From assembly GCF_009914755.1 (NCBI RefSeq), contig NC_060935.1: DNA of 64,000 nucleotides; one strand, 5' to 3'. The DNA is from the human T2T-CHM13v2.0 reference genome, Homo sapiens. This document shows, piece by piece, positions 13,721 to 26,470 of this stretch (positions within the stretch are counted from its first letter, which is position 1; every line of letters starts with the position of its first letter). Position numbers and translations under genes: made by a program. The notes beneath the pieces were generated by a model. It made no database searches. It was given only the letters and a program-made list of their open reading frames with translations, and had not been told where the DNA came from.

Positions 13721-15948
13721 AACATTTCATCTCTCTGTTGCCCTTTCTTTGCAAATGGGACAGACTCAGGGCATTCAGAATAGAATGTTCCGCTGAGTTG
13801 TTGTGAAAACTACAGTGTAAGGAGAAGCATGAAAAATGCTGCATATGCCATGAAACAAAGAAGCCAAGCTTGAAATCAGAATCTCCAACAAACCCCCAAT
13901 CAATTGTGGCATCCTTAGCTTGGCCGTTGAACAGCTAAGGAGAGGGAATCACTCCAAGGGTATTTTTTTTTTTTCTTGAGATTTTGAAAGGTAGGTTTTT
14001 TAATTTATTTATTTTTTAATCCATCTAGCTTTGGATGGATATCCATCCAATATGATATGTCCTAATTGTTACTTTCAAACATATTTATTTCCATTGTTCT
14101 GGGCCCTGTTTTACCTATAAAGAACTAAGAGGCAATCCTTTCGTTGTGAGAGGGGTGGGCATCCACCCTGGAGCTCTGGATGACTCACTGCTTCACTTCT
14201 TACCTGTTTACCTTTAAAAATAACAGCTTTCTGTCCAGCCTTTCTGGATGCTGAAACACATTTTGAGCTCTCAGAGAAGGGACTCCTTTCTCATTTTAGC
14301 AACTTCTCTTCTTTGTATCAATGCCTTATTTCTATATTTCACTCCTTGCCGCTCTTTCCATTCTCAACTGTCATTGCCATTTACTTTGGCAATAAATAAG
14401 GAATGAAAGGCGAAACAAAACAGCCCGCCACGGTTACTGACAATGATGTGTGTGGGGAATTTTTCAGAAACCTCAGGGAGGAGACTCCAGTGGTTTCTCA
14501 GCCCACAAGTTTCAGCTGCACGGGGAACAATGGTCCTTCTGCCTACCTTCAAAGGACAAGATGAGGCATGGGCCTTGTTTTTCCTTTTTCTTCCAAACTT
14601 CAAACTTGAGCAAACAATCTTTACTTAACCCACATGGAAAACTTGCAAACAGAAACACATTCCTCATCTCCTATTAGTGCTGGGTTCAAAAGCAAACTTC
14701 AAATTAGTTAATGTTCATGTCGTTAAGTGGTTCCCTATTGACTGGGAAGAAGTAGGTGGGGAGCTGACTTGGAGAGGGGCTACTGCTGGCAGGCCAATAG
14801 CAAAATGAAAGCCAAAATCACTCAGATTGCAGGAGAAAGGTTTAAAAAAAAAGCATAAAGAAATTATCTAGGCAGTACAGGATCTCATCTCTGTTGGATG
14901 CTAGAGACCCCCCTCCACATGACACATCTGGGTGGCACTGTGAGAAAGAAAGACTTTTGGGAAGGAACTATCCTGGTTGTTATCATGGTCCATGAATATT
15001 TATGGAGCAGCCCTTAATAGGAGTGCCTGGCGCCACCACACAGTCTTATTGTTTGGCAGATTGAAAACCAGCTTCAAGCTCACTCCTGGATCCTCTGAAA
15101 AGAATATCTGGATTTCTAGCAGCGAGGTGGCTGCATCATTCCTGTTGGAAGACATAACCCTCTTGTTCCATGGGCAGGAATGTCTATAAGCATAATTTGA
15201 TAATTGAAACAGTTTGGGAACTGAACAGCCCTTACAGCAAGGGTCTTCAGAAAGTGTCAGCTGTTTGCCTAGGGGTTAGCCATGTCATCCTCATACTGGT
15301 GGTGAAGTAAGTAAGGAAAATTCAGGGTAACACTATCCTGGTAGTTAAGAAAAACAAACAAACAGGACATACCAATTATTTTAAACAATTTGAAAACTGA
15401 ATTAGAAATCCTAAGTTAGAGGCAACCTTTGGCTTAGTGCAATATCAGAAGCCCCCCAGAAGGGCTCCTGTGAATCACCACACTCACCCTGAAATATCGC
15501 TGTTAAGTAATGAATATTGTAAGGGTTTTAACTGTGAGGCTATGGGGTGTCCATGGATGTACATCAGAGGGATATATAACTGAGTACATAAGCTTGCTGA
15601 AATTCTGGGAACATTTCATATATGTATCTGTGAATGTGTGTGTATGCATATTTGTTTGTTTGCATATTTCTCAGGGAGGAGAGTCATTGCTTTTATCAGA
15701 TCCTAAAGGATTTTTCTAAGTCTTAAACACTGAAAACCACTGTTGACTTTTAGAGTAGAGATGGACATCAGAAATATTTGACCCAGTCCTTTTTCAAATT
15801 GCTTTGCTGTGCTGAAACTTTTGTGTGGATGAAATTCACCTGAGATGCTTGTTTAAATGCACCTTCCTGAGCCTACCTCTACACAGGCTGATTTAGCAGA
15901 TTTTGGAGTGGGATCCAGAGTTCTGCTTTTTAAAGAAGAACCTCAAGA

Positions 15949-16369
<421 letters not shown>

Positions 16370-16732
16370 CTAGAGCAGCTGTACTTTTTTTCTCCTTCAC
16401 ATATTGAGCTCCCATGTAATATTCTATTTTGCAGAAAGGCTAAAAAAAAATAGCATAGACATCACTGACACAATTCAACCACCTTCTTGTTATAGAAGAG
16501 GAATCTGAGGCCAAAGAAGTAAAGTGACACTGTCAAGGTCACTTTAGCTTTTAGTGGTAGGGGACAAACAAGAACCCAAGCCCCCTGATTGTTTGTCCAG
16601 GCATTTTCCAACACGGCTGATTCTCCTTAAAGCTACACACTGTAGTTAAAGCACCAGTTTTTAGCATATCACTGGGGAAGGAAGATAGGAAGTATTTAAA
16701 CTTTTTACTCAGTCACATAAAGAAGTCTTCTT

Positions 16733-17035
16733 GGCCAGTTGTGTTAGGTCACGCCTGTAATCCTAGCACTTTGGGAAGCTGAGGCAGGTGGATTGCTTGA
16801 GCCCAGGAATTAATGACCAGCCTGGGCAACGTGGTGAGACCTTGTCTCCACAAATAGGAAAAGTGAGCCTGGAGTAGTGGTGCATACCTGTATTCCCAGC
16901 TACTCAGGAGTCTGAGGTGGGAGGATCACCTGAGCCTGGGGAGGTTGAGGCTGCAGTGAGCCGTGATCCAAGCCACTGCACTCCAGCCTGAGCAACAGAA
17001 TGAGATCTCATCTTAAAATAGAAAAAGAAAAAAAA
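16733..17035 (+). mobile_element. AluJ element (AluJo/Jr-like)
   Basis: gattgcttgagcccagga, gaggtgggaggatcacctgagcc and gttgaggctgcagtgagcc, with a degenerate A tail. Confidence 0.93.
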
Positions 17036-17940
17036 GGAGTCAGGGGCCTAGGAATGTTTAAACTAGAAGGGAACTGGGTAATCAAGAAGACCTGGGTGAG
17101 GCTGCCCTGGGAGCCTGATAGAAACAACAAAGGCATCTGGAGCCCATGCAGTGAAAACAGCTACATCACTTTGTCTGGTGCCAGCCTTGCCACCCAAGAG
17201 ATATTACCTTCAAGAAGGTCCCGAGAAAATAACTTATGGTTAGGCCACCCTGGGAGTTCTTTTATTCATCTATAAATATGAGTCTTTTCTTTGGTTTCAG
17301 GATTATCTGGTAATTAATGGCTTCAAGGTGATTCTTCAGATTTGACTAGAATTTCTAGCATGCTATAAAATTTCAGGTTAGTTTAATAGTGGGCAGGAAA
17401 ATACACCATTCTTCACGGAGTTTAGAGCTGTATTCATTTAGGAAAATGAATTTCAAAAGCTTTCAAAGCCCAGTTAAAGTAAATTTGGGTGGTGATATCA
17501 ATTAACTAGGCTAACAGGAGTTGTAAAACCAGTCTGAAAATGTTTTCCAACCTCTTTCAAGATTTCTGATGCTGCTGGATTCTAACTTATGAAAACAGTT
17601 TATTTTCTTTGTTCTCTCTTTCCATTTTGGGCCTTGGCCAGTTTTAAGAACTAAGAATTTCAAGGCTGGTTTACAAAACTATCAAACTTCTTTTTTTTTT
17701 TTTAACTTCAGGAACTGTTAACTTGGAATATGCAGTGATGCATGTTCCAGGATGCAAAAATCAACTCCTTTAAAAAATCCATAATTGTATTTTATACAGT
17801 TTTGTATAATGACTTGATATTCAGAATTACAACCTGAGGTCCTGTACAATCCTGATGTGGCTAAGTCATCAATGGAAGATTCCATTCTAATCAGCCCTTA
17901 TTTAGTGCCAAGTATATCTTACTGGGTTTTATTGTGTCTT

Positions 17941-17979
17941 GGACATGTCCAGCCAGTTCTGACATGTCAGGGCCTGTCC
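17941..17979. promoter_or_regulatory. Candidate p53/p63 response element cluster
   Basis: GGACATGTCC (perfect RRRCWWGYYY), a 9-bp gap, then TGACATGTCA-GGGCCTGTCC with zero spacer (17/20 match). Confidence 0.45.
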
Positions 17980-18226
17980 GAATGCCCGAAGGGATGGGCC
18001 CTCTAGTGCACTATTTCTATGAGTAAACAAGGTAATTGGGAAAAGAAAAGCCAAAAGAGCACTATACCATCTGCAGAAGGATTTCTCCTTGATGGGAGAG
18101 TTGGGTGTATAAGTTTGAGAGGTAGATGAGGCTATTAGAGAAGACAGACTGTTGGCTTTATCTTGAAGAAATCATATGAAGTTATTCCTTCTGGGGCAGT
18201 GCCAGAGGCTTAGGAAGGTAGGGCCG

Positions 18227-18696
18227 TGTGCTGAATATTTGATGTTTGTGGCCCTCCAGATTCACTTTCTATTTTTCTCCTCCCTGCTGTAAACTCCAGC
18301 GCTGACCTTGGGCTCCCTCATGCTCCACTTCTGGTTGGGTTTGCTTAAGGCATTGCTAGAAGACTAGTAGGAGAAAGCAGAGTAGGGTCAGGGTATTATT
18401 ATCCTGGTTCCTTCCATGTCCTAGTCTGGGAGTTTCTCTCAAGTATAGGCCATAGCTCTTCAGTATCTTTCTTTGCCCCACTCTTGCTGTCTCTCTAGGT
18501 TTCCCACTGGCTCCCTTCTTTGCCTCTTCAGTCCTGGAGGTGATCCTCTGTTACTCACCTTGGGGGTAATGTGCTGTTCCTTGTAGTTTCCTTATATGCT
18601 GTCCACAACTCTGGCAAGAATCCTTTTACTAAACTTGCCTTAATGTTTCCAATTTGAGTTTGCCATCTGTTTTCTGTTGGGACCCTGACTAATACA
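18227..18696 (+). mobile_element. LTR16-like ERVL LTR
   Basis: 3' end tgccatctgttttctgttgggaccctgactaataca and internal cttctggttgggtttg motif. Confidence 0.65.
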
Positions 18697-18902
18697 GGTG
18701 TGTAGTAATGAGGTAGTGAAATGAATGCTGTATCATTAAAAATTTGATCAGAAACTGAGCACACACAATAGGAAAGCTCTGTGCCTTAATATGAACAGGA
18801 GAATCTGGGGGATGTTAGGCTCTGGAGCCAGCCCTCCCTTCACTCTAAATAGAAGTATTGACCTTAGAGTGAAGTCTAAAATTGATATGTGTATATGAGC
18901 AG

Positions 18903-19331
18903 TGTATTAGTCAGGATAATCCAGAAAAACTGAACCGGTGGGATGTATGTATACAGTATATAGAAAGGTTTATTTGAAGGAATTGATTGACATAATTATG
19001 GAGGCTGGCAAGTGCAAAATCTGCAAAATGGCCCAGCAGGCTGGAGACCCGAAGAAGAGCTGACTGTACAGTTCAAGTCCAAAGGTTGTCTCCTGCAGCA
19101 TTTCCTCTTGCTTGGCGGAGGTTAGTCTTTTGTTCTATCCAGGCCTTCAGCTGATTAGAGGAAGCCCATCAGCATCACAGAGGGTAACTTAATTTATTCG
19201 AAGTCCACCAATTTAAATATTAGTCTCATCCAAAAACACCCTCACAGAAAAATCCCAGAATAATGTATCTAGGTGTCACATATCTGGACACTATGGCCCA
19301 ATCAAGTTGACACATAAATTTCACCATCACA
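18903..19331 (-). mobile_element. MLT2 (MLT2C/D-like) ERVL solo LTR
   Basis: tgtattagtcagg...caagttgacacataaatttcaccatcaca. TSD AGCAG/AGAAG. Confidence 0.88.
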
Positions 19332-19849
19332 AGAAGGCAGAAGGAGCCTCAGGAACCAACACAATCAGGAAAAGTTGGGCTCTGGAGACTACATGACCAT
19401 CTCACTTCTTCACCATGGGTTACAAGGGCAGAACCAGTTGCCACTGCTTGAATTAAGCAGAGTAAACATGAGACCGTGAGATCAGGAGGAAAGCTACATA
19501 TGTGTCTGGCAAAGAATAACTTGCTAGACTAGGTCTATATCAAGGACCAAATCATCATTTGTTTATTCACCCACTTTTACATTATTTTATTCATTTATTT
19601 AAAACATTTCTATTGAAAAAGTACTAAATGCCAAGAACTTTGCGAGGTTCAGAAAACTAGCAAATTTGCTAAAGATACAACATTGAATACAATGGATGCG
19701 GTTCTTGCCTTTATGGAGTATACTGATTTAGAGGCAAGACGGATTATAAACCAATAGTTGTTTAAATAATTACTTTATTATAATTCTAATAAGTGGCATT
19801 AAAAAAGGGTACAGTACAATGAGAGGATATAACTAGTTAAAACAGCAGG

Positions 19850-21220
19850 TACTGAAAGCTATCATCAAACCTATTCCCTTGTGCTCTTGGGCACATAAGT
19901 AGTCTGTATTTTCCATCCCAAATACAAACACATTTTCAGTTGGATACAACAATATAATTGAATTATAATCAATAAATGTGAGCAAAAATAATATATGTCA
20001 TTACATAGTCTAGCCTATAAAATTCTCCCTTATACAATATTCTGTATTCTTTTTGCTTTGACTTGAAACATATGAACATCATGACCTTTGAATCTATGTG
20101 TTGAAAATGGCAGAACGACATATTGGAAGCTGATTGGCTCTCTGAAACACTACACAGAAGTCACCAACCAAACACCAGCATTGGACTATTACATGTGGAA
20201 AATAAATTTATATTGGCTTTAGCCACAGTGATGCTGATATTTGCTCATTATGAAGCTAGAATTGCCATAACTAATATAGAAACTAATTCTGAAGTTATGA
20301 TTCAACATAAACTTGAAATGAGGTACTATCTACATATAACAAACATTTAAATTAGGTGACATTGACCTATCAGTAATAAGTTAGGCAGCCATAAAACTCT
20401 TAAAGGTTGGATAAATGAAGGCCCATTCTATGAATTTGACCAAATATTTGGTAAAGTTATTGACTATGATAACTTGAAGGCAGAAAATGGGCCTATTGAG
20501 CCTGTGGTTTCAGTTATTAATTGATGGGTGATTTTGTATCCCAGGGCACATATGACAATGTCTGGAGATATTTTTGTTTGTCGTGACTAAGGTGGGGTGG
20601 TGCTATAAGCACAGAGTGGGTAGAGGCCAAGGATGCTGACAAACATCCCACAATGCACAGGATAGATCCCTAAAATGCGTAATTATCTGATCTAACGTGT
20701 CAATGGTGTTGGGGTTGAAAAATTATATTCTGGGGGATACAGTTGGAAAAACTCAGAATAATCCAAATTGGTTTTCATTTCCACTTTTTACCAAGATGTT
20801 ACTAGGAAAATAAAGCTAAATCCAGAAATAACTGGATAGTTGCCAGACAGTCAGAGAATACCAAAAATTTTTGATTTTTTTGAAAATCACTTCAAGACCA
20901 TGAACGATAATAGATGAAATCTAAAGAGGTTTTGAGTAACAGTGACTCATGCAGATAGAGCTCTGGAAGTACAGATTAGATTAAAGGTATGTGGCCTTCC
21001 CACCCAAGTCTATGACTTCACTGGTCTCAAGATATCATCTATTAATGTGAAAGAGATTGCCTTGGAAGATAGAAAGCAAATACCTAAATTGGGCTTGATA
21101 ATTTTATCTGGGAAATAATCTTGGGCATAGTCACTAGAACATGGAACTGATTAGTAAGTAGATTAAAAGCCTACCAAGGAGCCCAACAAGTATTTGAGGG
21201 AAAGGTATTGTCAAAGACAT
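19850..21220 (+). mobile_element. MLT1 LTR (~19850-20279) followed by a MaLR internal-sequence remnant
   Basis: The LTR end ...taactaatata is followed by gaaact...aaatgaggtactat...ataacaaacatttaaa, which resembles the start of MLT-int. Interrupted by MER20. Boundaries approximate. Confidence 0.5.
20510..20728 (+). mobile_element. MER20 hAT-Charlie element
   Basis: caatgtctggagatattttt...gtgggtagaggccaaggatgctgacaaacatcccacaatgcacagga. Confidence 0.85.
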
Positions 21221-21480
21221 TTTCTTTGTTAGAGCATTAGTATTGCCTCGATGAGTAATTACTTAGTGTGAAGGGTTCAAGAAAGTGTCTGTGGAAATTG
21301 CATTTAAACTGAGTCCTCAAAAATGGAATAATCAGCAAGGTAAAGGAGTAAAACATTGTGTAGTTCCTGAAGTTAGGAACTGAATGAGAGCCAATATATT
21401 TGAGATACAGTAAATTGAAGGGAGCCTAATGAGAGATAAGGATTTAGGTAAGGAGAAGAACATACAGGGCTTAAAGGTTA

Positions 21481-23023
21481 TGTGTCCAGAATTGGTGGGT
21501 TATTGGTCTCACTGACTTCAAGAATGAAGCCGCGGACCCTCGCAGTGAGTGTTACAGTTCTTAAAGGCGGTGTGTCCGGAGTTTGTTCCTTCTGATGTTC
21601 GGATGTGTTTGGAGTTTCTTCCTTCTGGTGGGTTCATGGTCTCGCTGGCTCAGGAGTGAAGCTGCAGACCTTCGCGGTGAGTGTTACAGTTCTTAAGGCA
21701 GCGCGTCTGGAGTTGCTCGTTCCTCCTGGTGGGTTCGTGGTCTCGCTGGCTTCAGGAGTGAAACTGCAGACCTTCGCTGTGAGTGTTATAGCTCATAAAG
21801 GCGTGTGGACCCAAAGAGTGAGCAGCAGCAAGATTTATTGCAAAGAGCAAAAGAACAAAGCTTCCACAGTGTGGAAGAGGACCTGAGCGGGTTGCCACTG
21901 CTGCCTCGCGCAGCCTGCTTTTATTCTCTTTTCTGGCCCCACGCACATCCTGCTGATTGGTCCATTTTACAGAGAGCGGGAGTGGTCTGTTTTGACAGGG
22001 TGCTGATTGGTGCATTTACAATCCCTGAGCTAGACACAAAGGTTCTCCACGTCCCCACTAGATTAGCTAGATACACAGTGCTAATTGATGTATTTACAAA
22101 CCCTGAGCTAGACACAGAGTGCTGATTGGTGCATTTACAACCTTGAGCTAGAAACAGAGTGCCGATTGGTGAATTCACAATCCCTTAGCTAGACATAAAG
22201 GTTCTCCAAGTCCCCACCAGATACCAGATCAGCTAGACACAGAGCGCTGATTGGTGCATTACAAACCTTGAGCTAGACACAGAGTGCTGATTGGTGCATT
22301 TACAAACCTTGAGCTAGATACAGAGTGCTGATTGCTGTATTCACAATCCCTTAGTTAGACATAAAGATTCTCCAAGTCCCCACTAGATTCAGAAGCCCAG
22401 CTGGCTTCACCCAGTGGATCCCGCACCGGGGCCGCAGGTGGAGCTGCCTGCCAGTACCGCGCCGTGCACCCGCACTCCTCAGCCTTTGGGTGGTGGATGG
22501 GACTGGGCGCTGTGGAGCAGGGGGCGGCGCTTGTTGGGGAGGCTCAGGCCACACAGGAGCCCATGATGGAGAGGTGGGGAGTCTCAGGCATGGTGGGCTG
22601 CAGGTCCTGACCCCTGCCCCAAGGGGAGGCAGCTAAGGCCCGGCGAGAAATTGAGCACAGCGCTGGTGGGCCAGCACTGCTGGGGGACCTGGCGCACCCT
22701 CTGCAGCTGCTGGCCCGGGTGCTAAGCACCTCACTGCCCAGGGCCACTCTGAGTGTGGGGCCTGCCAAGCCCATGCCCATCTGGAGCTCCAGCTGGCCCA
22801 CAAGTGCCACACGCAGCCCCAGTTCCCACCTGCGCCTCTCCCGCCACACCTCCTGGCAAGCTGAGGGAGCCGGCTTCAGCCTCAACCAGCCCAGAGAGGG
22901 GTCCCCACAGTGCAGTGGTGGGCTGAAGGGCTCCCCGAGCATGGCCAGAGCTGACGCCGAGGCCGAGGAGGTGCCAAGAGTGAGCGAGGGCTGCGAGGGC
23001 TGCCAGCATGCTGTCACCTCTCA
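21481..23023 (-). mobile_element. LTR12 (ERV9, LTR12C-like) solo LTR, 1543 bp
   Basis: Termini tgtgtccagaattgg... and ...gctgtcacctctca, with a perfect 4-bp TSD GTTA. Six intact ATTGG repeats plus two degenerate ones. Confidence 0.97.
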
Positions 23024-23039
23024 GTTATAGAGAGAATTT

Positions 23040-23285
23040 GGGTAGCTTGTGTCTTTCTAGAAATTTCTTCATTTCATCCAGGTAACCTAATTTGTTGGCA
23101 TACAATTGCTCATAGCATTTCTTTATAATTATTTTAATTTTTCTTTTAGCAGTTTGAATATGTCATCCCACTGCCTTTGGCCTTCATAGCTTCTGGTGAG
23201 TAATCAGCTGTTAGCCTTATTGAGAGTCCCTGTTACATGAGTCACTTTTCTTTTGCTATTTTCAAGATTCTCTCTTTGTCTTTGA
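23040..23285 (-). mobile_element. Old L1M fragments
   Basis: tctagaaatttcttcatttcatccagg...atttgttggcatacaattgctcatagcatt is typical antisense L1 ORF2 sequence. Confidence 0.6.
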
Positions 23286-23289
23286 CACA

Positions 23290-23476
23290 GGCCCAGGAAA
23301 GGGAAGAATTACATGAAGACACATGGAGAGGGGAGCCAAGGGGAGAGGTTCAGAAGAAACAAAGCCTGCTGATATCTTGATCTTGGGGTCTAACCTCCAG
23401 AACGGTGATGAAATGTCTGTTATTTAAGCCATTCGGTCTGTGGTATTGGTGACAACAGTCTAAGCAGACTAATGCA
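23290..23476 (+). mobile_element. MLT1A/B-like LTR 3' fragment
   Basis: gaagaaacaaagcctgctgatatcttgatcttgg...cctccagaac...tttaagcca...gcagactaatgca. Confidence 0.7.
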
Positions 23477-24094
23477 AGCCCTGACACAGACTTTATGCAA
23501 TTTAATTCTCTTTTCTCAGTCATGATTTTCTCCTCTGTAATAAGCTCTAATTATCAGTGATGAAAATTAAATGTGTAAATGTGTACATTATTGTTTAAAG
23601 ACAAGTAAAGAAAACCAACACCCTTGTTTTTGTTTAACGGATCTACCTATTTTTAGGAAATGTTTAAGCAGATGTGGATTTTTTTTTTAACACAATAAAA
23701 TACTATCCTTTTCTCAGCTCTTTTAAAAAATACATACCTATTTTCTGAGAAGACATTTTCACTTGGTTGAATGATGTTTAATCCAGCTTTGCAAAATAGC
23801 TCTTCACCCAGAATATGGCTGGTGGTTTGTGCAAATAGCAAAGAACACTTGATTTATTTTACTACCTTAGTTGGAAAACAAATTTAGTTAGTTACTTTAC
23901 CTTTTGTTGTGTTGATTTTAACCATTATGCTTTGACTCATAGTTTTTCTTATAAGGCACATTGGGTAAAGAAAGTAGCATAGAGTTGAATCCCACCCTCC
24001 CCTGTTACTAAATGGCTTTGTTATCTTGGGTTAGCTAACTGGCTTTTCTGAGTTTGTTAGCTACTTTGTAATATGACATTAATTTTATCTCACT

Positions 24095-24440
24095 TGACCA
24101 TTCATTTATAATTTAATAAATAAATAGGCATTGAGTACCCCCTGCATGCCAGGCACAGTATTAGATGCTGGTGATTCAATGGACATCAAAACCAGTCACA
24201 GTCAGTATCCTTGTGGAGCATTAATACAGTGAGAGCATAGATATTTATCAAAGAACTATAAAAATAAATGCACAATTGCAACTTTGCTGTCTCCTAGAGG
24301 AAAGAGGCATGGTGCTTTGAAAGCATATCATAGAGGGATTTGACTTAATCAAGGAGGTATTTGAAGGCCTCCCCAAGGAAGTGATAATTGAACGAAGATC
24401 TGACAAAAGAAGTAGGTGCTAACTAGGACTGAGAGGATTA
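24095..24440 (-). mobile_element. L2 LINE 3' fragment
   Basis: cattgagtacc...tgccaggcacagtattagatgctgg...ggcctccccaaggaagtgata. Confidence 0.7.
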
Positions 24441-26451
24441 AAAACAAGGCAACAGATAGGAAATATGCTACCATTTTTCTTACTAACATTACTGTTATTT
24501 AATAGAGACCTTCTTAGCGTTTTTATCTCATCAGTGAAGTGACACTTTGTCTTATGATAATTCCAGGTCTGGCATTATTTCATAATTCCTTGTCTGGAAT
24601 AAATATTTTCAAACTTGAAGGTGATATACCCATAAAAATTCTGACTCTCAAAGTAATTGCCAACTGTGGCATGCATGGGAAGAATTTGTAAAAAAATGAC
24701 TCAGTGTAAATCATGATTATTTTACATTTTTCTTAATTTTGTACCTATTTCCCATTCTCTGCCTATATTATATAATAACTTTTATATCAACTATATTTCC
24801 CATGTTAAACCTGAGTTATGAAATTCTTTCTGCATCTTTTCTCATGTATTGGAAAGAAAGTTAATTCTTTTCAGCTTAATCTTACCCAGTGCAAAGCCCT
24901 TGTAATAATGTACTTTATTTTTGAAGGCTTCTGACCAGTAAACTGCATACTTCAAAAAGGGACTATCTAAGCCCAATAGGCACCACTCAGCAACGAACCA
25001 GCTGATTCCCTAATACTAAGCAATTATGTAAGGACTGTCCAAACATAATAAAACAGCATTTCTCCCTCAGGGGAGGACTTAAAGGAACAGTCACCTCTTC
25101 CTACTCCTTTCATATAACATTGCTGCTTTCCCATCTGAACCGAGACTAAGTCAGCGTGATTGGTTAAGCTCTTCTTACTGAGAACAAACTGAACCCAGAT
25201 GTGAATTGGGGAAGGCAGGCCAATTTTGCTTTTGGTCTTTGCAGTGCCAACGGTCCAATTTTTTCAAAGCTTTACAGTACCTGGCACTTTGGGCCATGTT
25301 GTAAAGATCAGGCTTATGAATGTTTATTAGTCATTCTCTGATAATTACTTTGCCACGATTTTCCAAATGGACAAAAACCTTATTTTTTCCTTATTTGTGG
25401 TATGTGTGTTTGTATCGCATAGATACTAAATATTGAAAGCTAGATTTCAGATCATTCTATGTTGGCTTAACTGAGCACTCTTTAAAATAGAGGAAATGCT
25501 GAGACTTTTAATTGGTGAGCCATTCTGAAGCAGAAATATTGTAATGCATCTTTTAATCTGTCTAATTTTGAAATTTATGAACAAAAATGGCCCTGTAGAG
25601 AAACAAAATGGCATGAGGCAAATGTTTGACATGTAATAGTAATATAACTGGAATGAGGTAGAATCCTTACCTCAGGTGTAATGGCTTAAATTTAGCAATT
25701 TCTAGGGTCCATGAATGGAGTGGGTTCATAATCCTAAAATGTTCAGGAAGGATGAAGACATAGGTGGAAATCTGCTTACGTTGAGAAGAGAAAGACTTTA
25801 AGATCAATAAACAGCACTTAGTTGAAACCACTAATGAGGTATACGACATGTCTCAGAAATCACAAGTTTATTTTGCTTTTGTGAGAAGTCAGAATAACTT
25901 GTGGCTGAGGCTGTCAACACACTAGACCGCAGCCTTGTGTCAGCCTCTGGTTTTTCTAGTGCTTAAGAAGTGTCAAGTTCCAAGAGAAGGGCAGAAGCTC
26001 TGTCATCTGAAGCATGCAGTTCATCAGCTTCATACTGGAAAACAACTTGAGATGTATCATTTTAAAGCACAAAGGATGTAACTTTATGAAAATCAATTTC
26101 TTGTTATTCTTCCATACTCTCCATACACCCACTTTTTAAAGAAAAAATATGCCCTTTTGCAAAGCTGGTACTTGAAAATGTGGAACGCAGAAATTCACCC
26201 TGATCTCTCCCTTTTCCCCCTACTTCTTTCGTGAATTGAGGAATACACTTGTCCAGATTATTTTGGTGTACATAGCAGGGGGTGGGGGGCGGGGGTAGGA
26301 ATATGGGAGGAGTGGAAATAAAATGAAATAAAAAATTGATTTGTATTGCTCTGTTTGGCGTTTAGTGAAGACTTGATTAGTCCTGGGGGTTCTTTCATTT
26401 CTCCAACTCCTCCAATTGCCATAATCCTTAGCTCTATACTTGGAACAATAT

Positions 26452-26470
26452 GAGTGCCCTCTGGTGGACA
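26452..26470 (-). promoter_or_regulatory. Near-consensus CTCF motif
   Basis: The minus strand reads TGTCCACCAGAGGGCACTC, matching the CCASYAGRKGGCRS core at every position, in apparently non-repeat DNA. Confidence 0.65.
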
